DNA from: a bacterium
GTDB taxonomy: Bacteria; SAR324; NAC60-12
DNA length: 64,000 bases
Direction of reading: 5' to 3'
NCBI GenBank assembly: GCA_965209155.1
Contig: OZ242383.1
Coordinates: forward strand, 3,232,001-3,296,000
Shown: one piece after another, positions 21,888 to 31,466 of the stretch
Numbering within the stretch: position 1 is the first letter of the stretch
Layout of the letters: each line of letters starts with the position of its first letter
Position numbers and translations under genes: made by a program
The notes under the pieces: generated by a model
The model's input: only the letters and a program-made list of their open reading frames with translations
Database searches by the model: none
Told to the model about the DNA's origin: nothing

Positions 21888-22357
21888 CAGTCACCTCCTG
21901 CTGCTGATGCAGCTTGAATTGCTTTGACAATATTGTCGTAACCCGTACACCGGCAAATATTCCCTTCCAAACCATGCCGGATTTCGTCTTCCGTGATATC
22001 GGGATTGATTTCAACCAGTTTGGTTGCCGCCATAATCATTCCAGGCGTACAAAAACCGCATTGCAAAGCATGATTGTCCCAAAAAGCTTTTTGCATCGGG
22101 TGCAACTCTCCATTATTTGCCAGTCCTTCAATGGTCGTGATTTTTGAGCCATCCGCCTGAACTGCCAAAGCGGTACAGGATTTAATGGCCATGCCATCCA
22201 TGTGGATTGTACATGCTCCGCATTGGGATGTGTCGCAACCAATGTTCGTTCCGGTCAAACCCACTTCTTCCCGGATGAAATCAACCAGGAGCATGCGAGC
22301 TTCGACTTCTTTTTGATGAACCGTTCCATTCACGGTCACACTGATACTTACTCCCAT
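21887..22357 (-). CDS. coxS: 2Fe-2S small subunit
   Basis: [27 protein letters not shown]; start MGVSI after GAGG. Confidence 0.92.
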   Translation of the reverse strand: MGVSISVTVNGTVHQKEVEARMLLVDFIREEVGLTGTNIGCDTSQCGACTIHMDGMAIKSCTALAVQADGSKITTIEGLANNGELHPMQKAFWDNHALQCGFCTPGMIMAATKLVEINPDITEDEIRHGLEGNICRCTGYDNIVKAIQAASAAGGD

Positions 22358-22744
22358 GGAAATACCTCTCAATTAAAACGTTACAATAATCATGATTCGG
22401 ACACGCCAATTAACAACAAAGCTACCTGTTGCGCGAATGTACAAACCAATCAGGCGAGTTGAATCACTTATGGCAATCCCTGTGAGGATTGATTTTTCTC
22501 TTTTAACTCTTTGTGAAAGGAGAGTCAATGCGATATTTCATAAATGCGCATTTTATTTTTTTGAACCTGTTAACAAAATTCGTAATGCGTTTTAACATCA
22601 TTCGCATCATAGTGACACAGATAACTGAGGGGTAGCGGAGTTTTTTCTCCTTTGTCATTCCGACCCCCGAGAATGTTTCATTTTGACCTATATCCATGTT
22701 ATAAGATTTTTTTTTCCGGCAATACAGGAACAGGCAGGTAGTAA

Positions 22745-23455
22745 ATGAGCGCTACGATTTATGTGGGAGGTACGTCAAAGGGCGTTGGCAAAACCTTTGT
22801 GACACTGGGATTACTGCACCTCTTGAGCCAGAATCACAAAACGGCAGCATGGAAAGCGGTCGATGTGGGACAGATGGAGTACAATGCGGTTGATGAACCA
22901 AGTGATGGTTTACGATTGCATCGAGCGGCAACCATGAACGAGCATCCCAATCTGGTCAATCCTTTTTTACTCAATGAAGACTTACCACCCGTATTAGCCG
23001 CACGTCGGGATGGAATTAAGCTGAGAACAAATATATTGCGGCATCATTTCAAACAGCTTCGTCTTCGATTTGAGCGCATCGTGATCGAAGGAAACCGAGG
23101 CCTCCTGACACCAATCACCGAAACGGACTCGGAAATCGAGTTGCTTCAACTATGGACTCCCCGGGTGGTTTGGGTCACGAATGTAGGGGAACGTGAACTG
23201 GCGGAGACCCTGTTACAGATTCATGCCCTTCAGCAGGCCAACATTGAAATTACCGGCATTGTTATTTCAAATCGCTTGAATTCCAAACATACGGAATTGA
23301 TCCATTATCAGTGGCTCACTTTGGAAGAACAATCATCCGTCCGGGTATTGGCTTTGCTACCTTTTTTAGCCAGTGGATTAAACAATCCTGCCAATATCGG
23401 AAAACTGATCAGTGAATATTTTGACGGGGATTCACTCGATTGCCTTGTCAAATAA
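22745..23455 (+). CDS. bioD: Dethiobiotin synthase-like P-loop protein (divergent)
   Basis: GTSKGVGKT P-loop, SDG, PVLAA, VIEGNRG. Confidence 0.65.
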   Translation: MSATIYVGGTSKGVGKTFVTLGLLHLLSQNHKTAAWKAVDVGQMEYNAVDEPSDGLRLHRAATMNEHPNLVNPFLLNEDLPPVLAARRDGIKLRTNILRHHFKQLRLRFERIVIEGNRGLLTPITETDSEIELLQLWTPRVVWVTNVGERELAETLLQIHALQQANIEITGIVISNRLNSKHTELIHYQWLTLEEQSSVRVLALLPFLASGLNNPANIGKLISEYFDGDSLDCLVK

Positions 23456-23492
23456 CATCGCATCCAATTCTTGAACAAAGTCCACTGACACG

Positions 23493-24350
23493 ATGAAAAC
23501 CTTTCCACATTTTTCACTGCTCAACCACTTGAAAAAGCACGCTCCGGTGATTTGTGATGGCGCCAAACCATTACTTCTTCAGCAATTGGGTTTCCCGCAA
23601 ACGAGTGCTTGTTTCATGGCCAACCTGACACACCCTGCTTTGGTTTCAGAATTACACCGGGTGTACCTGGATGCGGGTGCGTCAATTATGCGAATTAACA
23701 CGGAAGGGGCTCACCAGTTAATCTTGAGGACCCTGCAGATTGAGGATCGAGGGGAAAACATCAACAACAACGGCATGGCACTCTTACGGGAAGGCGTGGG
23801 TATGCGTGGCATTCCGTCGGCAAGCGTGACCTCCATCAAGAAAGACGTATCGGGAGAAATCCCGGATTCATGGTTGGAACAGGCTTACGGGGCCCAATTG
23901 ATATATCAAGCGGATACGGGAGCTCACTTCGTCATGTTCAGTGAATTTGACGATTGGGAAGACTTGAATATGGCAGTCAGGGTGTCCAAACGATCCATAC
24001 AAAAACAGGTCGTTGCGCATCTTAAATTCACACCGAATGACAATCCTGCCACCTGGATTAGCCGGTTGGAAAAGATACAAAAAAAATCGGATTTTATCGG
24101 TGTACAAGCCTCTTGGCAGCATCCAAAATTGATTGAATTGACTGCTTCCCTCATTCGACACTTTGGCGTAGTCAGCATCTTGCTGGATGAGCCAGTCCCC
24201 CAACCATTTGGTCGGATTACCACTGATTTTCTCCGAATCGTTGAAATCCTGCTTTCCCATGTACCGGCAATCATTGGAGGAGGTACCAATACAACACCAG
24301 CTCATATCCAAACGATTGCCTCAATCGTGAATAACTTGTTTGAGAAATAA
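23493..24350 (+). CDS. Homocysteine S-methyltransferase-fold protein lacking Zn-ligand cysteines
   Basis: ICDGA, NLTHPALVSELHRVYLDAGA, IIGGGTNTTPAHI (canonical GGCCGTTP). Confidence 0.75.
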   Translation: MKTFPHFSLLNHLKKHAPVICDGAKPLLLQQLGFPQTSACFMANLTHPALVSELHRVYLDAGASIMRINTEGAHQLILRTLQIEDRGENINNNGMALLREGVGMRGIPSASVTSIKKDVSGEIPDSWLEQAYGAQLIYQADTGAHFVMFSEFDDWEDLNMAVRVSKRSIQKQVVAHLKFTPNDNPATWISRLEKIQKKSDFIGVQASWQHPKLIELTASLIRHFGVVSILLDEPVPQPFGRITTDFLRIVEILLSHVPAIIGGGTNTTPAHIQTIASIVNNLFEK

Positions 24351-24357
24351 GTAATCT

Positions 24358-24963
24358 CTACTCATCTTTTTTTTCTGATTCATGTGAAAGAGAAGAGAAT
24401 TTGCGATGGTAGTGGTTTTGAAAGTCCTCCGCGGGTTTCAATAGCAATGATTGTCCTTTTTGTCGAAACACTTCATAGAGAATGATTGCTGCTGCCACGG
24501 AAACATTGTAGCTGGTAACCATTCCCACCATAGGGATATAGATAAATTCATCACAGACTGACTGGAGCTCCGGAGACATTCCTTGACTTTCCGCTCCTAA
24601 AAGGATGACACATTTTTCGGGAAATTGGAACTGAGGCAATTGCTTTGCGGAATTCCTCACATCAGCTCCCAGAAAAACAAAACCCTGGGATTTTTTAAGG
24701 GTTACAAAATCTGAAAGATCCTCAATTCTTTCAAAACGCATCCAGAGATTGGCGCTGGCACTCGTTTTTTTACCCAAACGCTGCAAATCAGGGAATTCAT
24801 TGTAGGTATAATAGAGATTGATTTGGGATAGACCCAATCCGTCAGCAGTTCTGGCAACCGCTGATACATTGTGAGGGTCCCATACATTGTCGATCAATAA
24901 TTCAATATCTGGGATTTTGTTCCTGTAATAAGTCAAAGTTTTTATTTTTCGTCGTTCTTTCAT
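24358..24963 (-). CDS. TrmH/SpoU family RNA methyltransferase
   Basis: DPHNVSAVART, LLGAESQG, IPMVGMVTSYNVSVAA. Confidence 0.9.
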   Translation of the reverse strand: MKERRKIKTLTYYRNKIPDIELLIDNVWDPHNVSAVARTADGLGLSQINLYYTYNEFPDLQRLGKKTSASANLWMRFERIEDLSDFVTLKKSQGFVFLGADVRNSAKQLPQFQFPEKCVILLGAESQGMSPELQSVCDEFIYIPMVGMVTSYNVSVAAAIILYEVFRQKGQSLLLKPAEDFQNHYHRKFSSLSHESEKKDE

Positions 24964-25067
24964 CAGTAGTCCGATAAATCCACAAACCTCACATTTCCCA
25001 TTGTCGAGTGACCTTCACAATCCCTCTATAGTATTGGTCCAATAGCTTGTAACTCTTTCAAAGAGGC

Positions 25068-25126
25068 GGCATTGGAACATGAATGCGAGGAATCCTTGAA
25101 GATCTCTCCTTGCGGTTGAGACGACA
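25068..25126. repeat. Degenerate REP-like palindromic repeat
   Basis: GCGAGGAATCC..AGATCTCTCCTTGCGGTTGAGACGACA, similar in style to the GTCATT/ATGAC REP family near 61.6-62.2 kb. Confidence 0.4.
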
Positions 25127-25240
25127 CGCGGGGGACGTCCCTGTGAACCACTACACCCATTGCAGGTGAAGTGTCTGCTCTGTTAAACTTGAAGATTGTT
25201 CGACACTTAACCTTTTCATTTCATAAAAATAAAATTACCT

Positions 25241-25808
25241 TAATTAATCTCATTAAACCACCAACTCTGCTGGTGCGAACCTAATTGGCTTTGCCGGTCA
25301 GACATGAGAAACGTATCCGTGTCCGTGAGCCGTGCTCGTGCTCGTGAACGGTCAGTGAATTCGACGGCACATTTTGGTTAACATAGAAACAATGCGATGA
25401 AGTAACTGTTTCCCTTCGTCAAATAAAGGAGGCTGGATGATCTTCAACACGTTTAAAACATCGAGAATAGCAGCGCATTCCATTGCGGAACCTCGGGCAA
25501 ATGCATAGAATCGTTGCTTGTCAGGAAAGGAATTTTTTCCACAGCCTTCTGCGATATTGAGAGGAATCGACCATGAGGTCCTTTTCAGTTGGTCAACTAA
25601 GGCTGAGTATCCTTTTGGCAATGTTTCGATGACTTGGACAGATAACGCTAAAAATTCGATGGAACATTGGTATACATCGATTTTTTCATGATCTAACATG
25701 GCAGCCTTTTTCGTTCACGAGCACGAGCACGTCTTACGATGACGAACACGTTTTGCCCTCATACTGGGGGCCTCTTCAAGCCACCGGCTGTGCCGGTGGT
25801 GATGACTT
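25241..25808 (+). mobile_element. Repeated IS200-ended element, copy 2
   Basis: Same ends and cargo as copy 1; 568 bp. Confidence 0.9.
25352..25699 (-). CDS. Four-helix-bundle protein
   Basis: Near-identical to 6707..7054. Confidence 0.9.
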   Translation of the reverse strand: MLDHEKIDVYQCSIEFLALSVQVIETLPKGYSALVDQLKRTSWSIPLNIAEGCGKNSFPDKQRFYAFARGSAMECAAILDVLNVLKIIQPPLFDEGKQLLHRIVSMLTKMCRRIH

Positions 25809-25930
25809 TATTGGCTATTTTCCCATGATCTTTGACTTTGTCAATCACCATTGTAAAATTTTTATTGGAGCTATGCGAAAATAAATTCAGCATTTTGGAT
25901 ACCAATATTGCGACCTGATTTTAACCCGGG

Positions 25931-27103
25931 ATGATGGAACTAAAGATTTTCAATAGCCTGAAAGAGATTTCCAGTTTGGAATGGAGTTCATTGATTGGCG
26001 ATCATTTTCCTTTTTCGGAATACGATTATTTACTTGCCATGGAAAAGGGAGGATGCGTTGGGAAACGAACGGGTTGGAATCCTTGTTACCTCACGCTCTG
26101 GCAATCGCAAAAACTGATTGGCGCCATCTACCTTTATTTAAAAAGTGACAGTTATGGAGAATATATTTTTGACTGGTCCTGGGCGCATGCTTACATGCAA
26201 CATGGCTTTAACTACTATCCCAAACTCGTTTCAGCAGTTCCTTTCACTCCGGCAACTGGAAACAAAATTCTGGTTCACCCGGAGGTTGACCCACAACAAG
26301 TGCAAACTATATTGCTGAAATCGGTCTTGAAATTGACAAAGGAATGGTATTGCAGCTCTTTACATTTTTTATTCATTCCGGAAGAAGAAGTCCCGATTTT
26401 TGAAAAAGCCGGTTTCATTGTACGTCACAGCAGTCAATATCACTGGAAAAATCGAGGTTATGCGGATTTTGAAACTTTCCTGAAAACGTTGAAAGGAAAA
26501 CGAAGAAAAGAAATCCTCAGGGAACGTCGACAAGTGAGGGAGCAGGGGATCCACATTCATGTGCTCACTGGTGAATCCCTTCGAGATGAACACGTCCGAA
26601 TAATGTATGAATTTTACTTGTCCACCATATACAAACGAGGAGCTATAGACTACCTTTCCCTTGATTTTTTCAGACACGTGTTTTTCAAAATGAAAGACAA
26701 ATTGGTATTGATACTAGCCCAATCAGAAGGAAATTGGGTAGCAGGCACCATTAATTATCACAAAGGCCATTCCCTCTATGGCAGATATTGGGGATGTTTG
26801 GAAGAGTTCAGGAGTCTCCATTTTGAGCTTTGCTATTACCAGACGATTGAATATGCCATTGCTCATAAAATCGCCTTATTTGAAGCCGGTGCGCAAGGGG
26901 GACACAAAATTCAGCGTGGATTTTTGCCGGAAATCACCTACAGTGCCCATTGGATTCAGCATCCCGGGTTTCGATCGGCGATTTCAGAATTTGTTCAGGA
27001 AGAAAAAAAAGCAATTCAGGTCGAATTTCAACAAGGTGAAGCTCACCTGCCGTATAGAGCAGAATTTGTAGAGTCATGGTTGCAAAAAATCGATATCTCT
27101 TGA
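25931..27103 (+). CDS. FemAB-like GNAT-fold protein (DUF482 type)
   Basis: SYGEYIFDWSWA, YYPKLVSAVPFTP, LYGRYWG, LHFELCYYQ, GAQGGHK. Confidence 0.88.
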   Translation: MMELKIFNSLKEISSLEWSSLIGDHFPFSEYDYLLAMEKGGCVGKRTGWNPCYLTLWQSQKLIGAIYLYLKSDSYGEYIFDWSWAHAYMQHGFNYYPKLVSAVPFTPATGNKILVHPEVDPQQVQTILLKSVLKLTKEWYCSSLHFLFIPEEEVPIFEKAGFIVRHSSQYHWKNRGYADFETFLKTLKGKRRKEILRERRQVREQGIHIHVLTGESLRDEHVRIMYEFYLSTIYKRGAIDYLSLDFFRHVFFKMKDKLVLILAQSEGNWVAGTINYHKGHSLYGRYWGCLEEFRSLHFELCYYQTIEYAIAHKIALFEAGAQGGHKIQRGFLPEITYSAHWIQHPGFRSAISEFVQEEKKAIQVEFQQGEAHLPYRAEFVESWLQKIDIS

Positions 27104-27268
27104 ATTTTTCTCATTTTGCGGAAATAAACACCTGTCCTGTCATCACTCAACAGAATCGACTCACTTTTCGACAACTTGTAAATAAAAACATGTAACTGAT
27201 AAAAGGATGGTGCTATATTAAACTTAGTTGCCTGTTAAGAGTTTGAATTCATATAAAAGAAATCAACT

Positions 27269-28180
27269 ATGAAAAGCATGAGTACATTCAAAATTTTTAT
27301 TGTCGCCGTGATTGCCATTGTGGTGGTCTATTCCGCTACGGCGTTTGTGATCGATCAAACGGAATATGCGATTAAAATTCGTTTGGGGGATCCGGTATCC
27401 ATTTATACTGATCCGGGTATTCGTTTCAGGATTCCATTTATTACACGCATTTTTGTGGTAGATAACCGCTTGCTGACCTACGATGCCGATCCCGGTTCCA
27501 TATTCACCAAAGACAAGAAAGAAATGGTGGTGGACAATTATGCGAAATGGAGGGTTTCAGATCCTTTGAAATTTTACCGAACCATGCGCAGTACTACGCA
27601 AGCGCAAGCCCGTTTGGACGATATCATCTATTCTCAGGTGCGACAGGTTTTGGGTAAACATACCTTGACCGAAATTGTTTCGGGAGATGACCATGAAGGT
27701 GAGACTAAAAGTGGGGTGACTGATGTAGAAGACGCCATCAATTTACGAACCAGCATCCTTAATGAAATCACCAGCAACGCGCGAGAGGAGGCCACGGAGT
27801 TTGGTATCGAAATCGTAGATGTGCGCATCAAACGGGCTGATTTGCCACCGGAAAACAGTCGTGCCGTCTACGGACGCATGGAAGCCGAGCGTCGACGTGA
27901 CGCCAAACGTTATCGCTCTGAAGGAGAGGAACAATCCTTGGCCATCCGTTCCGAAGCCGACCGGGACCGCGTGAAGTTACTTGCTGAAGCAGAAAAGGAA
28001 GCCGAAAAAATCCGAGGTATTGCCGATGCCACGGCGTTGACTATCTATGCCGATGCGTATGGGAAAGATCCCGATTTCTTCAGGTTTCAACGCTCCCACG
28101 ATGCTTATCGTCAAACACTCTTAGAAGACACGACTTTGTTAATGAGTAGTGAACGTGATTTTTTTGATTCCTTGCAATGA
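27269..28180 (+). CDS. hflC: FtsH protease modulator HflC
   Basis: N-terminal TM, SPFH domain, GIEIVDVRIKRADLP, RMEAER, YADAYGKDPDFF. Confidence 0.9.
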   Translation: MKSMSTFKIFIVAVIAIVVVYSATAFVIDQTEYAIKIRLGDPVSIYTDPGIRFRIPFITRIFVVDNRLLTYDADPGSIFTKDKKEMVVDNYAKWRVSDPLKFYRTMRSTTQAQARLDDIIYSQVRQVLGKHTLTEIVSGDDHEGETKSGVTDVEDAINLRTSILNEITSNAREEATEFGIEIVDVRIKRADLPPENSRAVYGRMEAERRRDAKRYRSEGEEQSLAIRSEADRDRVKLLAEAEKEAEKIRGIADATALTIYADAYGKDPDFFRFQRSHDAYRQTLLEDTTLLMSSERDFFDSLQ

Positions 28181-28202
28181 CGACATCGGAATTTTTACTT
28201 CA

Positions 28203-28862
28203 CTATTCAACCAGGAGATCATCCAAAGTATCAGGAAGACTTTCCACAAAGCTTTCCATGTTCGTGCCAACTCTCAATTTTAAAGTTCCCGCAATCACGA
28301 TGGTGGGAGTGGCCGCGATGTTGTAAAATATGGATTTTTGCTCTCCCTCTGCAATGGCCTGGCTGATTTCTCCATTATTCGCTTTTTGCTTATACACCTC
28401 CCCCATTCCCAGGCTTCGAGCCAGATAATTGATAATTCCCGGATCGAATACGTCTACACCATATTGAAAACGCGCTTCAAAAATAGCATCCCTTACCTGC
28501 TCTGCCCTTCCCAGCGATTTGGCGACATAATACAAGCGCAAAGGCGCATCGTCCTGTCCCCGAAATAAAATCGGTACGTCGACAAATTCCACGCGGTCTT
28601 TATACTTTTCTTTCATTTCCCTGGAGAGCAATCGAAAATGGTTGCAATGCGGACATCCAAAATTGATGAATTCCTCAAAAACAACTTTTTCCAGGCTGTT
28701 TTTTGAGGGAAGCTTTCCTAACACCTCATAAGATCCCCGGATTTTCCCTTGTGCTTCCACATAAGAAACCACCATGGAAAAAACCAATGTCAGTAAAAAT
28801 ATTCTTAATACCATGATTTTCCTTTCTTGTACGTGAAGAATGACAGTATAAAATGCTCTCAA
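28203..28862 (-). CDS. DsbA-family thiol:disulfide oxidoreductase
   Basis: CPHC and ATPT motifs; signal peptide (true start probably MVLRI). Confidence 0.82.
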   Translation of the reverse strand: MRAFYTVILHVQERKIMVLRIFLLTLVFSMVVSYVEAQGKIRGSYEVLGKLPSKNSLEKVVFEEFINFGCPHCNHFRLLSREMKEKYKDRVEFVDVPILFRGQDDAPLRLYYVAKSLGRAEQVRDAIFEARFQYGVDVFDPGIINYLARSLGMGEVYKQKANNGEISQAIAEGEQKSIFYNIAATPTIVIAGTLKLRVGTNMESFVESLPDTLDDLLVE

Positions 28863-29128
28863 AGGATCCCATTACGTTCTATTGACCCGATTTATAACTT
28901 TAACACATTTGCGGAAATGAAGGAAAAAATTTTCAGACTGATCCGAATCGGACGAGTCGAGACTTAAAAGGATTCTTTTTTTGTAAAGCGTCGTCAGAAA
29001 AAAACAGAACTTGACTTCTTCGGTCGAGCGGATTAAATGAATTAATTTTTTATAAATATGCGGAATGCGTCTGCAATATGGTGGTCATGATCCAATTCTG
29101 AAACTAACATTAAAATAAGGATGAAATT

Positions 29129-30223
29129 ATGAAAAGGAGAGAATTTATTAAGAAAACGGGGGCAGGAGCAGTTGCTGTAGGTGCTATGGCGGGATCCGCA
29201 CCTGCGATTCATGCCCAGAAAACCATCGAAATCGCCATGGTGACCACCTGGTCCCGGGATCTTCCAGGGGTGGGTACGGGTGCGCAACGTTTTGCCGAGC
29301 GTCTCTCGGATATGACCGACGGTCGCATGCAAGTCAATTACTTTGCCGGCGGAGAACGAGTCAAACCATTCGATTCCTTCGATGAAGTCGCTTCCGGAAA
29401 CAGCCAACTGTATCATGCCGCTGATTACTATTGGAAAGGGAAACATCCGGGTTGGGCCTATTTCACTGCCGTTCCCTTTGGATTGACTTATACTGAAATA
29501 AACGCTTGGATTCGTTTTGGTGGAGGACAGGAACTCTGGGATGAATTGGCGGCTGAGTTTGGACTAAAATGCGTTATGTGTGGTAATACAGGCGTCCAGA
29601 TGGGGGGCTGGTTCCGCAAAGAAATAGATTCCGCAGACGACCTGAAGGGTCTCAAAATGCGTATTCCGGGACTGGGAGGTGACGTGATGGCAAAGCTTGG
29701 CGCTTCTCCGGTTTCCCTGCCTGGCGCTCAAATCTATGAAAACCTGGTCTCCGGGGCGATCGATGCCACGGAATGGGTCGGTCCCTGGAATGATGAATTT
29801 ATGAAATTTTATGAAGCGGCCAAGTATTATTACTACCCTGGCATGCACGAACCCGGATCAATGCTCGCCCTTGGTATGAACAAAAAATGGTGGGACGGAC
29901 TTTCCAATTCGGATCAAGAGATCATTGCTGCGGCAGCAGCCAAGGAAAATGACGTGATGATGTCCGAATTCAACGCCAAAAACGGTGCTTCCCTGGCCAA
30001 ACTCATTAATGAGCAAGGAGTGCAATTGCGTGAATTCAACGAAGATATCTATGACAGTTTTGGCGAAGCTGCCGATGAAGTTTTTGAAGAAGTCGTCAGC
30101 CACAGTGACCTGGCGAGGAGAATCCACGAAAGTTTCCTCAGAGCTCGTCAAGAGGTCGGTTCCTGGAATAAAATCGCGGATCAGGCTTATGTGGCCCAAC
30201 GAAATCGCGTACTCGGCCTTTAA
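29129..30223 (+). CDS. TRAP transporter substrate-binding protein (DctP/TakP-like, Tat signal)
   Basis: KRREFIK Tat motif, GNTGVQMGGWF, LKMRIPG, EWVGP. Confidence 0.92.
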   Translation: MKRREFIKKTGAGAVAVGAMAGSAPAIHAQKTIEIAMVTTWSRDLPGVGTGAQRFAERLSDMTDGRMQVNYFAGGERVKPFDSFDEVASGNSQLYHAADYYWKGKHPGWAYFTAVPFGLTYTEINAWIRFGGGQELWDELAAEFGLKCVMCGNTGVQMGGWFRKEIDSADDLKGLKMRIPGLGGDVMAKLGASPVSLPGAQIYENLVSGAIDATEWVGPWNDEFMKFYEAAKYYYYPGMHEPGSMLALGMNKKWWDGLSNSDQEIIAAAAAKENDVMMSEFNAKNGASLAKLINEQGVQLREFNEDIYDSFGEAADEVFEEVVSHSDLARRIHESFLRARQEVGSWNKIADQAYVAQRNRVLGL

Positions 30224-30245
30224 TAAAAACGCAATGGAGGTCTGC

Positions 30246-30277
30246 TGCCATGCCGGGCCCTGAGGCTTTGCATGGCA
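30246..30277 (+). terminator. Stem-loop after the TRAP binding-protein gene
   Basis: TGCCATGC ... GCATGGCA inverted repeat; no clear U-tract. Confidence 0.35.
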
Positions 30278-30431
30278 AATAATATGTGAATGCATCAAAT
30301 GTAATGGTGTTTGCACGACGACAATAAAGCTTTTTACCGTCCTTGCTCAAGCCCTCCTGACCTCATTAAAATAGAGTGAGTAGTCGGAAGATCCCATTCT
30401 TCCCACCCCGGCTTATAGAAGTGCCAGATAC

Positions 30432-31451
30432 ATGTCCCCTTCGGAAAGCAAAACGCCCCTCGATTGGCTAATCCGTATCAGCGTGGGTTCCATTGTTTCC
30501 ACAATGCTGATTTTCCTGCTCAACAACTATCTGAATTTTTGGCAAAAATGGCCCGGATTGATTACTTTTCTCGCTCATCGAGGTTGGTTCGGATTGACTC
30601 CCCTGGATGTACCATTGGGACCGGTCCAAATCTTCCAAGGCTGGCTTCAGCTCTGCAGCTATCTCGGTGGAGGTATTCTGGTGATGTTGTATGTCATTTT
30701 TACTCGTGAACATTCCTTACGTACAGACGCTGCCCGGTTGTCCGTTTTTGCCGCATACATAATCCGGGCAGCATTTTGGGCCGTTTTGACCATCGGGATC
30801 GTGGATCTTGGCATATCCTTGCTCCGTGTGGAAAATCTGTTAGAACCATTGATTGGTAAAGAATTGGCACTGGCATTGGGACGTTCTCAATTTCGTGGGG
30901 TCTATGTCCACTATCCCTTGATAATGATCTCATTGATTATTGCTTTTTTTATACGATCCCTGGGATTTGTCTGGTTATCACTGTTGATAGTGTTCGCAGA
31001 ATTTCAAATTGTCATTTTCCGCTTTATTTTCTCCTACGAACAGGCATTTATGGGAGATTTGGTTCGTTTCTGGTATGCCGCCTTGTTTCTCTTTGCCAGT
31101 CCCTACACCTTGCTTTACGAAGGTCACGTGCGGGTTGATGTCCTTTACACCCATTTCAAGAGAAGGACCAAGGCATGGTCCAATACCTGTGGATTATTGT
31201 TTTTTGGCCTGCCCCTTTGCTGGGTCATCCTCATAACGGGTATGTGGGATAAGTCCAGTAGCATCAACAGCCCATTGCGCAATTTTGAAGTCTCCCAGGC
31301 AGGGTATGGGATGTACGTGAAATACTTGATGGTCGGGTTCCTGGCAATTTTTGCGATTTCCATGATTGTACAATTTTCCAGCTACCTCCTCGAGAATGTG
31401 GCCGAACTTCGAGAAAAAGCGACTGAGGACCACCCAAACACCGAGCATTAA
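30432..31451 (+). CDS. TRAP small permease (DctQ) with extra N-terminal TM helices
   Basis: YTLLYEGHVRVDVLY DctQ motif; multiple TM segments. Confidence 0.85.
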   Translation: MSPSESKTPLDWLIRISVGSIVSTMLIFLLNNYLNFWQKWPGLITFLAHRGWFGLTPLDVPLGPVQIFQGWLQLCSYLGGGILVMLYVIFTREHSLRTDAARLSVFAAYIIRAAFWAVLTIGIVDLGISLLRVENLLEPLIGKELALALGRSQFRGVYVHYPLIMISLIIAFFIRSLGFVWLSLLIVFAEFQIVIFRFIFSYEQAFMGDLVRFWYAALFLFASPYTLLYEGHVRVDVLYTHFKRRTKAWSNTCGLLFFGLPLCWVILITGMWDKSSSINSPLRNFEVSQAGYGMYVKYLMVGFLAIFAISMIVQFSSYLLENVAELREKATEDHPNTEH

Positions 31452-31466
31452 AATCAGGATAATATT

